DNA of 63,364 nucleotides, filler included, from Conidiobolus incongruus B7586 (lineage: Eukaryota), in assembly GCA_000697335.1 (NCBI GenBank). It is 21 parts of 21 records of this genome, joined end to end, with 100 filler letters (N's around TTAATTAATTAA, not from the genome) between each part and the next. Parts side by side here need not be neighbours in the genome. Positions count along the whole stretch, not along the records: positions 1 to 4,068 come from JNEM01003968.1; positions 4,169 to 12,522 come from JNEM01003970.1; positions 12,623 to 18,178 come from JNEM01003975.1; 18 more parts are not named here. The stretch is one strand, 5' to 3'. Positions 1 to 13,899 of this stretch are shown here, one piece after another (the first letter of the stretch is position 1; each line of letters starts with the position of its first letter). The position numbers were made by a program, and so were the translations under genes. Under the pieces are notes generated by a model that was not told the origin of the DNA, made no database searches, and saw nothing but the letters and a program-made list of their open reading frames with translations.

Positions 1-1961
1 AATTTATTAATAATAAAAATAATTAAATTGTAATTAATTTGAATTGATAAGATAATTAAAAATTTTATTATAATTTATTAATAAAACTTTATTAATTAAT
101 TTCATTAAATATATATACTTAAAATGTTTTATATTATAAAATTTTAAATTAATGATAATTAGAAAATAATTTATAATGGTATTTTAAATTTTTTTTATTA
201 ATAATATAAAATATTAATATATAAAATCATGTTATTGAACAGCGTTTTATTCTAATATAGATATATTTATTTGGATTAGGTTTCATTTTGAATATTTATA
301 AATTTGTGCATAGAAAGTTAACTTTATTTTAGTTTCTAAATCTTACTCCTTTAAAAGTTAATATACTATTCTTTATTTAGATAAATTATTAAAATTTAAC
401 AAAAAAGTCACAAATGCTTAATATTCTTGATTATACCTGTTTGTGATTAAAAATAATCCAAGATAAATAAATAAAGTTGAGTATACCTCTGAGATATTGT
501 AACATTTTAATATTAGTCAAATGATTGAATATGTGATGAATAATAAAACGTTAATTTAAACAATTATTGTGATTCATAATAAGAAGGTCAATAGTAAATT
601 ATTTAAATAGCTGATTCAGTGAATGCTATAATCTATTAAATACTATTGCCTTAGCTATTGAAGCGAGATCGATCCTTAATTTTGAAATGCAACTCAATAT
701 GATATCAGTAAAATATAAAAATTAATTGATAAATTGAAGTGCATAAAATGATATTAAAATCAAATTTCATTAATTAATTTTTTCCCTAATTCAACACTTA
801 TATTTATTAGCATTCCTTAAAATTTATTTTCAAAACATTTAATATGAGGATATTTTAGTAAAAATATATATATATATATATATATTAGATATTTAGGGTA
901 AAATAAATTCCAAATTTTAATTAGTATCAAAAAAGTGTTTAATTGATAAATTTTATAAAAATATTACTAAAATATATTATATTATTAATAATTAATTATT
1001 ATCTTTATAAAGTAAATTTTTTGAAAATTATAATCATTAATGCATAAAAAGATATATAATTTATATCAAATAAAACTCAAAAATATAAAGATTTTGCAAA
1101 ATAATTATTATCTTATCTATAGTTCTAAGCCTAATCAAGTATAATTAAGGTAATGAATAAAAGAAGTAATGAAAAAAGTAGTGAAAATAGATTTTTATTT
1201 AATTTTTCGATTATTAATTGAATTAAAAAAGGGTTAAAATTGGTTTATAATTTGCATACAAAAAAATTCTAAAATCTGAAGGTAATGGAAAAACTTGACA
1301 CTCATAAAAATTATCTAATCGGGATGGAATAATTAGTGACAATCATGTGATAATACTTGATTTTTAATGGATGATTTGATCAAAGCATTAATTTTTTTAA
1401 AAATTAAAACCCGATATTTAATTAAAAATACCAAATTTCGAATTTTTTTCATGAGTACTGAATTTATTAGATGATTTAATGAGTAAATGGTAGTTAATGA
1501 GAATTGAGATAACTGATTGATTATTATACCAATCAAATTAACCAGCCACACAATTTTTGGACAGTTGAGAGTATTGATAAATCTGATAAACACTGGGTTT
1601 TAGATAAAAAATTGAACATTATTAAACAAATTTCAAGTTTGTAAATATTAACCAATAAATTGAAATCCATATTGATAAGCTCCTGGATTTTCATAAATTC
1701 ACGAGTTTTTAATTTCCTTTTAAAACCAAAGTGCTGCGAAGTGTTATCAATTGATCATTATCAAAACTTAATCAAAATCTCTTACGACTACTATTTTACA
1801 TCGACTAAAACGAGTTGAATAATATCAATATGATTAGTTTTATTAATGTTAATAGGATTTTTATTTGGGTAAACATTGTCATCTGATAATTTAATAATAA
1901 TATCATTTTAATTAGGCTATTTTGTTATCAATGTCAGAATATTATTTGGAAATTGAAATGG

Positions 1962-1991
1962 TGATAAGTAGCTTTCACAAGCTACTTATCA
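1962..1991. promoter_or_regulatory. Perfect 13-bp inverted repeat carrying two opposed GATAAG (GATA-factor) sites
   Basis: TGATAAGTAGCTT-tcac-AAGCTACTTATCA lies about 40 bp upstream of the TATA box of the 2113 gene. GATAAG is the consensus site of fungal GATA factors. The regulatory role is inferred. Confidence 0.5.
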
Positions 1992-2030
1992 AAATTATAT
2001 CTATTCTATCAACTGATCGCTATCTATGCA

Positions 2031-2037
2031 TATAAAA
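2031..2037 (+). promoter_or_regulatory. TATA box of the protease-inhibitor gene
   Basis: TATAAAA starts 82 bp upstream of the ATG at 2113, followed by a pyrimidine-rich leader. Confidence 0.5.
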
Positions 2038-2112
2038 AGGGTCCCAATCCTCAATGAAATCCACATCACTTTTTTCATATTCTAATTCTTTTATTATCCT
2101 ATTAATTAAATA

Positions 2113-2343
2113 ATGACTGTCTCATATCCCGAATCCTACAGACACTTAATTGGCAAGATTTTGATTGAAAACGATGAAGCTCACAAAGTCCAAAAGACTA
2201 ACAAGCATGTCCTCCAAAGCGAACTTCCTTCACCCTACCGTTTGATTAAGCCCGGATTCACATATTCTGCCGACTCTGTCGACTCTAGATTGAACATCTC
2301 CATCAATGCTAAGAAGCAAATCACAGGTGTCATCGTTGGTTAA
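2113..2343 (+). CDS. Small serine-protease inhibitor, I78 / potato-inhibitor-I-like fold (76 aa)
   Basis: C-terminal YRLIKPGFTYSADSVDSRLNISINAKKQITGVIVG matches the family pattern R-x-I-x-P-G-x3-T-x-D-x4-RLNI-x6-I-x-x-V-x-x-G. The ORF is GC-richer than its flanks and has a TATA box upstream. Confidence 0.8.
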   Translation: MTVSYPESYRHLIGKILIENDEAHKVQKTNKHVLQSELPSPYRLIKPGFTYSADSVDSRLNISINAKKQITGVIVG

Positions 2344-4461
2344 GCTCTCATGTCAATCATTGTGCTTACCTATTGTTATATATTTTACCGGCTTAAAATT
2401 AACACATATTATTTTTCCAACTTGATAAAAATTTGCCAACCTTCTTCGGTGAAATGGGATCCAGTTAACCCAATTGATTACTACAGCCAACTACAATCGT
2501 CTGTCTAAGTTTATTTTAAGGAACTATAATAAACTTTTTGTATATTAAAATTAATATTAAATTTTAATTAATAATTATATCTGATATATTTATTAGTTAA
2601 TAAAATTAATAAAAAATGTAATAGTTCATATTATAGATTTAATAGATATGTGAGATATAGAGAGATAGATTATCAAGATTACAGCTAATTCATTGAATTT
2701 AAAATTATATTCCAATCTCAAACTTGAATATCAAATATTAATCAAAAATCACCTAATAATTCTAGAATATTAAAATGGCGGTTAATATATTAATTTCTAG
2801 ATAAATTGATCGAAAATTAATGTAATACAAAATTGTGAAATATTTTTCATTAATTAATTAAATATAATTTAAATAGAATTTTAATTCACATACAAATTTA
2901 AAAAAAATTATTTTTTTTGTGTATATAAAATTATAATCAATTAAATTAATATTTAACACTATTAATTATTCACCTATTTAGTTAAATTTTAAATAAAATA
3001 ACTAATATAAAATTATAATTTATTAATACTCTTATTTAAATCAATATTTATTATCTATAACATTTGAATGACACCTATTTTATAAACATATACAAACTAT
3101 TATCAACCAAAATTATCAATTGCGCTTAATAGAAAAAAAATTAAATCCCTTTTAATTATTAATACTTAAAATTATTTAATAAAACTTTGAAATACTCCCA
3201 TTAACTTTGACTAAAATTATAATTACTTGATCATTTGATAATTAAATTAATTTTCGAAAATAATATTAATTAAAAATCACATATAATAATTAAATTTTAT
3301 TTATCAAATTTACTATAATTATTTCAGTATAAATATTATTTTGATTATTATGATAATTAAATATAGATATATATATTAAAAGATTAATAAGAGATAGGAA
3401 TAATTATATTGTAAAAAAATTTTAATTTTTAAGATTTTAATTTGATAATAAAAAAATTAATAAATTGATAAAATTTTATATAAATTAAATTTATTAAAAT
3501 TAATATATTACTATTATAATTTTTTTTAAAATTTTTTTTAATGTTAAATTTATTATTTTATAGTTTAATAATAAATATAAGAAAATTAATTTAATTTATT
3601 ATTGATAACATATGATTTTTACTATTTCTAATAACTATTATAACATATGAAAAGATATAATGAATCAAATACTTAATAATAATTATTATTCATTAATAAA
3701 TTATTTTAAAGGATAAACATTTAACCCGGAATTTCTTTCAAACTTTAAATAGCAATAGTAATAAGTCGAAATTTCAAAATATTCTTAACTTAGTTAATAT
3801 CAGATAATTTATTTTTATATTTTATTAATAATATTTTAAAACTAATGATTATTAATTGATTTTTATAATTTGACTAAGTATATTATTAAGATATTGAGAT
3901 AAATTATTGGGATTATATAAAATCTTCATCAAGTTAAAATATATAATTATTTTTTCTTTTATTTACTAAAATATTAATTTGATTAGTAAATTATTTCTAA
4001 ATTTTTTTAATAATATTCAATTTATAATATATTTGAGTTTTTATTTTTTTTTCTTATTTTAATAAATANNNNNNNNNNNNNNNNNNNNNNNNNNNNNNNN
4101 NNNNNNNNNNNNTTAATTAATTAANNNNNNNNNNNNNNNNNNNNNNNNNNNNNNNNNNNNNNNNNNNNTATATATAATATATTTAAATTTTTAGTTTAAT
4201 TAATATATAGAAATAAAAAATAAATTATTAATAATTTTAATAAAATTAAAATAAATCTAAAATAATAATAATTAAATAAAATTTATTAAGAAATAACTAT
4301 AAACCAAGGTTTTTATAATAAATCATTTTAATTAATGAACTATAGATCTATTAATATAAATCTTTAATTAAATATAAATCAAAATATCAAATTAAGTTAA
4401 AAAGGTTCCTTTAATATTTTTTAATAAATAAATATTCTTTTTATAAATAATTAATAATTAT

Positions 4462-4816
4462 TGTTGACTTTTTAAGTCAAGTTTTGGTTAGAGGGGATTA
4501 TGCTTATTCTTAATCTCTTAGTTACCCTGCTTTTTTATAATTTATAATTACAATAAAGTTAGATTTTATTAGTTTTAGAATAAATTAACTATACAAAATA
4601 CTTGCACAGATTAGTAATAAAGTATACCTTTTTACTTTTTATTTCTAAGAAGAACCAAAATTAATTTATTTTCTAGAGTAATAAGAATCATCTTTTTATA
4701 TAAATGTCAAATTCCTATAATTCCTCAGATAAAATTAAAATAAATAAATCTTAAATAATAAAATGGTAAAATAATAAAATAGCTGATTAACTCTATTTTT
4801 AGCTAATAACTTAATA
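4462..4816 (-). repeat. 3' LTR of the Gypsy element
   Basis: Reads TGTTGA...TTAATA (terminal CA mutated to TA) and aligns end-to-end with 9573-9932. Confidence 0.9.
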
Positions 4817-7800
4817 TAACTCTTTAATTATTATACTCATTTTTAAATCTAATGATTTTATAAATCAAGTTAGCTAATAAAACATTTAATAAAATTAGGG
4901 TATACTTAGTTAAGAATAGTAGGGGAAGTAAGATGCTTCAGTTTATAATATAGTCTTAGGAATACCTCAATAATTTCTAAAGGTTTAATCTAAAGTCTAC
5001 CTTTTTCACCTTTTAATTTAATATATTTTCTTTAATTATACAAAACTATATCACTAAGTTTAAAATATTCACTTTTAACACTTTATGTCTCATTCTATTT
5101 GGTTATCATTTTTACTTTACTGTCTAAATTATTTTGATAAGCTAAATCATAAATTTTAACCAATTCCTAACCTATTTTTTCTATATAATCTTTGTAATAG
5201 TCCCAACCTACATAACCTTTATAATTTTTTTAAACTAATGTCTTTAGTAGAATAGGATTTCTATTATAAAATAACATAAAAGATGAATATCTAGTTTATA
5301 TATGTTGAGTAATCTTTATTATTATAAGAGCAACATTTAATTACTAGTTTTATCTTTTACTATAATTTAAATTCAACTTTTATAAAATCTTTTTTAACAT
5401 ACTAATTGTTCTTTTAACTTTACTATTAAACTTAAGATAATATAAGTTTATAGCTTTATTTTCTATATTTAATTTGATATAAAATTTCTTTATACTTTTA
5501 ACAATAAATAATCAACCATTGTAATTGATAATCTTTTTTAAGCAATTATACCTAGTTATAATATCCTAGATAAATTCTTTAATAACAGATTTATTCATTG
5601 AAGCTATAACTTTAGCTTCAACCCATTTAGTAAAATAGTTAATACATATTATAATATACCTTTTTCCACTAATACTTTTAAAATCTATTTCAGTAAAATC
5701 TATTCTAACCTTATAAAAAGTTTTATAAGCAAGGATTAATATTATTAGCTTAGGTTAATAGTGTAATACATACTTTTAACACCAAATACAACTAGAGACT
5801 ATAAATTTACAATTATTTAACATATTATTCTAATAATACTTTGATTTGATTAGATTAACTAGTTTTAATATACTTAAATACCTTGTATAAAATTTATAAT
5901 ATCTTTCTAACAATTCTTTCTATTGATCTAGTAGTACCTACAACTTATTTATTTCAAGAGCTTTATCCTTTTTAAAGTTATTGATTGTAATATTTAAAAG
6001 TAAATACTTATCATCTTAAGTAATTAAAACCAACCTTAATAATATATCTGGTAAATAATTATCAACACCTTTTTTGTATACAATGTTAAAATTATAATTC
6101 ATCAACTTTTCTATCTATCTTATTCTTTTTTTTTAAATTTTGTTTAGTTTGTAAGTAAGTAAAAGCTAAGTGATTAGTAATTATAATAAATTTAAACCTA
6201 TATATATAAAGGTGAAATAGTTTTACCACTTATATAATAGCTAATCCCTCTTTATTTATAACACTGTAGTTCTTTTTAATATCAGTTAAAATTTTAAAAA
6301 CATAAGCAATAAAATAATGAAAACCATTTTTTTCATCTTTTTCTTAACTTAATATAATACCTAATCTAATATTAGAGGCATTAATCTTGATATAAAATTG
6401 TTTTTCAAAATTTAAAAATTTCAAAATTAGATTTTCAATCAACTTTTGTTTTAAGGTGTTAAATAATTTTTTTTGTTTTACTCTTTATATAAAGGTAGTA
6501 CTTTTTTAGTTAATTTGTTTAAGGGTTCACAAATAGTTGAGTAATTTAGAATGAATCTTCTTATAAAATTAATTAACCTAAAAAAACTTTTTAATTGTTT
6601 TATATCTATAGGTAAAGATAAATTAACAATGGCTTTTAACTTCTTTAAATCTATCTTTATCCTAGCTTAAGATATAATATATTTTAACACCACAACTTTA
6701 TCTATTGCAAATTAATATTTTTTATCATTTACTTTTAATCTTGCTTTAGATAGTCAATTGAAAACTATATCTAAATTAGTTAAATACTGTTTAAAATTTA
6801 GTAAGAAGATAGTAATATCTTCTATATAAACCAAACAACATTTTAGTTGTAGACCAACTAAAGTATAATTTAGCAAATGTTAGAATGTTGCTCCTAATAT
6901 ACTCATGCTTATTAAAAACACCTTCTATTAGTATACACCATTAAAAGTAACAAAAGCAGTAATTTTTTTTAAATTTAAAGAGAAAAGCATTTGATAATAA
7001 ACTTTTATAAGATTAATAATAGTAAACTATTTTGCTTTAACAAGTTATTCTAAGTAATTATTAATTTTAAGTAATAGGTAACTATCTAATTGTATTGTTT
7101 TGTTGGTGAGATGATAATTAATATAAACTTATAAAAAACTATCAGGCTTTTAAATTAACACCATTAGCACCTTAAATAGTGATGTTAATAGTTTTATTAA
7201 ATTATTTTTCAATAGTTCTTCTATTTTTTAGATTTCAACTTATTTTTTTTAAGTAACCTCTATGGTAAATAACTTTTAAGTGATATTAATTTATCAGACT
7301 ATATTATGTATTTGATGTTTATTTTATTTATATTAAATTTTTTTAGTAGAAAATATACCAGATTATTTTTGTAAGATTGAATACAATTAATGTTGTTATT
7401 AATTACTAAGGTGACTCAATTCTAATAATCTATTATTTACCAAATCACAATAATCTTCTTTTCCTTTAGAAGATAACATACACACTTGGTTAATAAAATT
7501 AGATACACTTAAATTAATAGATTTCCACTCCTTTAAATTCTATTCATTTATATAAACTAAAATTTATTTCTCTTTAATTCAAAGTTCAATCTAATTTTAG
7601 ATTTAAATTACACTATCACAATTTTATTTATTGGTTCTATAATAAAACTATGATTAATTAGTTTGATTAGTGTTTTAAAGTTAAATTATGGTTGATAAAT
7701 TTTGAAGTAACTATTATCCTTTTCAAAATCAATAATTAATTTGTAAATAACATAAAGTTGAATTATAAAAGATTTTTGACAAATAAATTAGATACCTCTA

Positions 7801-9554
7801 TTATCACTCACTTTTATTTTAAACTTTAAAGATATAAGGACTAGCAATTTATTATCTTTGTTTTCTTTTACCAACACTATTATATAATTAATATTGTTTA
7901 CTTTTTTTTGATAAAATCTATAACTATTTACTTCTACAAATTTATCATTTAAATTTAAAATAGCACCTGTTATAGTAAACTATAATATACTAACTAATAT
8001 ATTCTATTTGCTTCTAGTTAACACAATTACAGGTATGTTTATTATTTTGCCTATTATTTTAATTTTTAGTGTTTCAAATGCTTTTTGTTTCTTTACATTA
8101 TTCTTTTTAGCAGACTTTATACTTATACTAACCTCAAAGTTTTCTTTTAGACTTAACTTTTCAAAACAATTTTAAGAGATTACTATTTTAACATAATTAG
8201 TATTTAGTAAAACCCTAACTAATTTCCCTTTTATCTTAGCTAGGAACAATATTGCTTCTTGTGTAGTTTATTTCTTGTTGTTAGTGAGATATACTTTTGG
8301 TATTTATTTTCTATAGAATTCTTTTAACTTTTAAGTGATTCCTTTTATACTCATAGTTTTATCTATAGGTACTATTAATTATAATGGTTTTGTTTTTTCT
8401 ATGACTATTTCTTGTTCTTTATCACTTATAGGTAACAGTACCAATAAGCTTTATTTTAAAGTATTACTTTATTTCAACTCTTCTAGAGATTAGTAACCTT
8501 ATTATTTTAATGTATTATTATAACTAACTAGTTCATCAATATCTATTTGTATTGATCTATTTTTTTATCATAATTATTTTAGTTATTAAATATTACTTCT
8601 TCTTAATCTTCAAGTTTTTTTAATATACTCAACTGCTTTAAACTTTAGTCTTATTTCCATTAGTTTTTAGGTCTAATAGGTAGGTTTTTCTTTGTAGTTA
8701 CTATAAATCTGTTACAAAAATGTTTTTCTTTATCCTAAGTTCTTTTTAGCTTTGTTCTTATGATAATGTAAGAAGAAAATATTAGGGACTTATTGGATAG
8801 ATTAATAAAACTCCTTATTTCTATTAATCTTAAGCTTTTCTTCTATTAAGATAGTATAATAGAAAATGTTTAGAGCTTAAACAATTATGGTACACCTCTA
8901 GTATTCTTACCAAGTGTTTTTTTTCTTATTGCTTAAGTCTATACAAATGTTTTTTATGGTATCTAATTTTAAATCAAACTTTTTCTCTATAGTTTACTTT
9001 ATTGTAACAACACTAATAAATCATTTACTTTTATAACTAATATTATTAAACCTATTAAAACCATTAAGATTTCTTAATTTTCCCTTTAATTTATTTTAGT
9101 TTTATTCTTCATAAAACTATAAATATGCTATTTCTCTAATACTATCTTTTAAAGAATATAAAAAGATTAAGATTCTTATTTTTTAAGATATATTATAGTT
9201 ACATTCTTCAACTTGTTCTTTAAATCTATTAATGTAGTGGTTTACGGTTTCTTTAGGCTTTTATCTCATTTAGGTGAGTTTTGTCCAAGTTATATATGGT
9301 AATATAGCTAGATGAAATTTCTTCATAAAAGCACACTTTAATTTAACTTATATATTAAAGTCTTGCTTGTCAAACTATTTTTTAAGTTTATTTTTAAATA
9401 TATTAGAAAAAGCATCATCTTTTGCTTTTTATCTAATCTTAGTAGTTTCACCTTATTTCTAAAATCACAAATAAAATCTTTAACTTTTTTCTTTGCTTTT
9501 ATAAATTTTGACATTCTAGGTAGTAAACTAAAATCTAATGACTTCCCAAATCTA

Positions 9555-9572
9555 ACCTTTCTCTGTTCACCA
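9555..9572 (-). promoter_or_regulatory. Primer-binding site (PBS) of the Gypsy element
   Basis: Minus strand reads TGGTGAACAGAGAAAGGT immediately after the 5' LTR. TGG is complementary to the tRNA CCA end. The priming tRNA was not identified. Confidence 0.65.
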
Positions 9573-9932
9573 TGTTAACTTTTTAAATCAAGTCCTGGTT
9601 AGAAAAGATTATGCTTATTTTTAATCTCTGAGTTACTTCACTTTTTTATAATTTATAGTTACAATAAAGTTAGATTGTATTAGTTTTAGAATAAATTAAC
9701 TAGACAAAATATTTGTATAGATTAGTAACAAAGTATACCTTTTTATTTTTTATTTCTAAGAACCAAAATCAATTTATTTTTTAATATAATAAGAATTATC
9801 TTTTTATATAAATGTTAAATTCCCATGATTCCTCAAATAAAATTAAAATAAATAAATCTTAAATAATAAAATGGTAAAATAGTAAAATAGTAAAGTAGCT
9901 GATTAACTTGATTTTTAACCAATAACTTAACA
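9573..9932 (-). repeat. 5' LTR of the Gypsy element
   Basis: Has TGTTAA...TTAACA inverted termini and is a direct repeat of 4462-4816. Confidence 0.92.
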
Positions 9933-12371
9933 GTTATTAATATAAATAATAAAAAATAAACTAATTTGATTTAATTTATAAAGAAAAAAATTATTATTAA
10001 GTTTTATATTTTATTTAAATATAAGAATTTTTAATTGAAATCCTTAATTATATTTAGATATACTTGTTATTCTGTATAATATTTTGATAATGAATAAAAT
10101 TATAGTTTTAAAAATTTTTTTATTAAAAAGAATTAGAAAAAAACTATTTTACTATATATATATAATTTATAATATTAAATATGATTATAATTCTTTTAAA
10201 TATTCAAAAAATTATCTTCTAAGAATTAAAATTCTTTTAAGTAAGTTATATAGTTTGTAAATTATTAATTTTAGTTTTTAATAAAATAAACACTTTTTTA
10301 AATATTGAAATTTTGACAAAAGTATGGTAAAAAGTGATGAATAATAAAGGAATACAGATTTTATAATATTTATAACTTATATATTACAAACTTAATTGAT
10401 TTTAATCCTCTAAAGACTTTTATTTTTTAAATCTTAAAATAATATCTATGATATATAAAATTTTATACAAAAAGAAGATATATTAAACTTTATATATTCT
10501 GGTAATTTAATGCTTAATATATATTTTATATTATATATAAAATAGTCAATTAAATTTTAAAAATTGATATTAAATACCGAACTTATATTTCTAAAGAATT
10601 TTCAATTTTAATTATATATAATTTTATCAGATATAATATTATAATGGATTATTAGAAAGTAAAGCTCAAATATAATTTAATTTTATTATAGATTAAAAGT
10701 TTTCTATAAATATAAATTTCATATTTTTATTATTATATTAAATAGGATATTTTTATATTTTATATATAATTCAACTTTTTATAATATTAATTTATTGGCA
10801 TAAATTGATATAATTTAAATTGATATAATTTTAATTAATATAATAATTCTAGATTTAATTTAAAGTTGATAAAAATATTTAAATTAATATAATGTAAATA
10901 ATTTATTTTTTATTAAAAAATATTTTATCGTTGTTTATAAAATAATTTCTGATATCTTTGATTTATTTTAGTCTTATTTTTATTATCTTATTATAATCTG
11001 AATAAATTTTATTAACTTATTATAAATTAATAGTATTATTAATTATTAATGGTTTTTTAATATAAATCAATCAAAAGCTATATTAATTAGTTTAAAACTT
11101 TACTATAAAACATATAATATAGTTTAGGATTTTATTTTTTAATTTATATTATATATAATAGATTTACTTGAAAGTTATATATATAAATGTATTTATTTAT
11201 ATTATTTAAATAAACTATAATATAATTAAAAACTGAATATTAAGTTATTTTTATATTTATTCATATTATTTTAAAATGAATTATAAGAACTAAAATCAAT
11301 ATAAAATTAAATTTTTGATTATAATTTTTTATTTAACTAACTATAAAAGAGTTGGAATAAATTACCTTTATTTCTATTAAAATTATATATAACTTTATAT
11401 TATATTTTATTTATTGTGACTTTTATTCTTAAAATATTTAAATTTATTATTATTAATAAAATTGAATTTACTTTTAAATTATTGATTATAGTGATAATGA
11501 TTGATATTTTTAGCTCTATGGGTAAGGATTATTTATGGCTATCTAAGCCAAAAATCAATATTTATTTGCTTGGCCTTGATATAATTATATTAAAATATAT
11601 TATAATATTTAATATTTTTTAACTAAATTATTTTAAAAATGGATTTAATTATCAGCTAAAATAAATATAAAGGAATTTTAATTAGAAATGATTATATATA
11701 GATTACTTGTATTAAATTTTATATAAATATTTTCCATATGGAAATAAAAAAATACTTTTCAAATATCTCAATTAGTTTAAAGCAAATATTTAAGATTAAA
11801 AATTCAAGATTTTGGTTAATTGCATAAATTCACCTAAATCGGCAAATACTAAAATATATATCAATATATCTCAATATTTTACTTAAAGACAAAAATTATT
11901 TTAATTAAAGGTTATAATTATATTTCAGATTTATAGTTTTATTATCAATATTTCATTAATAGCTTAATGACTAATACTTTATATTTTGATTCTAAAGGAA
12001 TCATTAGTATTATTAATATAATCATATTTTTTTATTATCTTTAAATATGGCTTAAATTGATATAGCCAAATTTTAAAAATATAATTCAATTAGTATTATA
12101 AAATATATTATAAAAATACCTATATATAAATGAATTCATTTAAATTATTAGCTTTGAAAATGAATTATTATTGATTGAATATTTCTACCAATATAATTGA
12201 TCTTGACCTAATTCTATATATTTTGAATTTTTTAATTTTATTTATTTAATATTTTTTATCATTATACTGTTTACTCCAATAATTTCTAATATTGATAATA
12301 ATCTTCAATAGATTAAGTTAATTTTTACTTAAATTATTTATAGATATTATGTATTTTCATAAAATAATATA

Positions 12372-12522
12372 TATTAGCCTATAAAAATAAGTTATAAATT
12401 AAAAATATAAATATTTCTATTAATATCTTTATTAATTCTAATTTAAATAAACTTATATTAAGCTTTGTAATTAATATATATTTTTTATTTATAATATATT
12501 ATATAAAGTTAATTTTAATTAA
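12372..12522 (-). mobile_element. Tc1-family right-end fragment (subtype A), cut by a gap
   Basis: TATTAGCCTATAAAAATAAGTTATAAA followed by sequence matching the reverse complement of ~32695-32846. Confidence 0.75.
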
Positions 12523-13899
12523 NNNNNNNNNNNNNNNNNNNNNNNNNNNNNNNNNNNNNNNNNNNNTTAATTAATTAANNNNNNNNNNNNNNNNNNNNNN
12601 NNNNNNNNNNNNNNNNNNNNNNTAATAAATAAATTAAATGATAATATATATCACAATATTATATAATTTTTATTCTAAAATAAATAAATCATTAAATTAT
12701 TATTTGAATATTTTAATATTATAATAAGTTTTGATAATTTAATTATTTTAATAAATATAACTTATTTCAATATCCAATATATTTATTATCATTAACTATC
12801 TATTATTATTGATATAATTGATATATAAACTTAGAATTCATTAAATAAGATAATATATACAATTATTTATTAAATATATTATTGATTAACATATTATATA
12901 TTATAATTTCTCTTATTTAAAATATACTTTTAATATCAACAAATATTTAAATTAAGTATTAAATAAAATAAATTAGAAAAAATTTTAATTAAAATTATTC
13001 TAATATTTAAAATTTATTTATATATTATAATTAATATTCCCAGCTAAATTATTTTATACTTAATTTTAAAGTTTTTTAAATATTAATTTAATAATAATAA
13101 GAATAAGAATAACCGCATATTGAATATCAAAAAGAGAATAAAAATTGAAATTGAGATGAGTGAAATATATTTAGCATCTTTTTTTCTAAATTATATAATA
13201 GATTTAAATTGAAATCAATGAAAGTGTATTTACTAAATGGAGTAATATTTATAAAAAATTTTTTTAATCATTTAAAATTAATGCATTTTTTTAAAATTAA
13301 TATTATTTATTAAAACTATTTCGAATGTAAATATGATTAATATTTATTATTATTATTTAAAGATTATCGTATCTTTCATTGTGGAGCCTAAAAGAATGAG
13401 TCATAATTTTAAAATTTGATCATTACCCTTGGTATTAGGGGAAAAATTGAATTTAATAATGCGTAAACTGGTAAATTGATCAATCTTTACTAATTGAGCT
13501 TTGGAAGATAGATAGAATTGATGAGTGAATGGTGAAAATGGATATGTGTAGTAATATTTAAATAATTAAAGCAATCGTTAGTATTAGTATATCGTAATAA
13601 TTTCCCAATCAACTGCGTTGCTAATGGGAGTGGATAAATTGATATCCGAGTGGCCTACCTTTGAGTTACACAGTTGTATTGACATATTGGGTAATGCTCA
13701 TTTGTCAACTATCTAATTCCTATCCAATAACTATATTATTTCCTGATTGACTTTATTTTTTTATATTCAGTTAATGATTTTTTATGATTTTTCCCAACTT
13801 GTGTATCACTTTATTACTCGTTTAAATACACATCATTCGCTCATAAGTTGAAATGATGTGTTTTTATTATTAATCCCTTTTGTAGTTTAATTTATAGTT

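Larger units (their letters stand above)
4462..9932 (-). mobile_element. Full-length but hypermutated Ty3/Gypsy LTR retrotransposon
   Basis: Paired LTRs at 4462-4816 and 9573-9932, with a 5-bp TSD ATTAT/GTTAT. Minus-strand decoding gives RT motifs (KITAFVTFNGVY, GATF, CLVYIEDI at ~6813-6837), RNase H (NYSVINKEGLAII at ~6235-6272) and integrase (YIIICINYFTKWVEAK at ~5610-5660), in RT-RH-IN order. Many in-frame stops. Confidence 0.93.

Noticed and set aside
1333..1593. 86-aa minus-strand ORF, and similar ORFs at 11416, 53534 and 58332
   Set aside because: Non-ATG starts, I/L/K/N/F-rich composition expected from random AT-rich DNA, and no motifs.
4069..4168. Palindromic TTAATTAATTAA between N runs, recurring 20 times like a spaced repeat array
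   Set aside because: It is an identical 100-nt cassette (N44-TTAATTAATTAA-N44) with stops in all frames. This is a scaffolding spacer, not biology and not CRISPR.
9363..9578. 71-aa plus-strand ORF
   Set aside because: Antisense to the decayed gag region of the Gypsy element.
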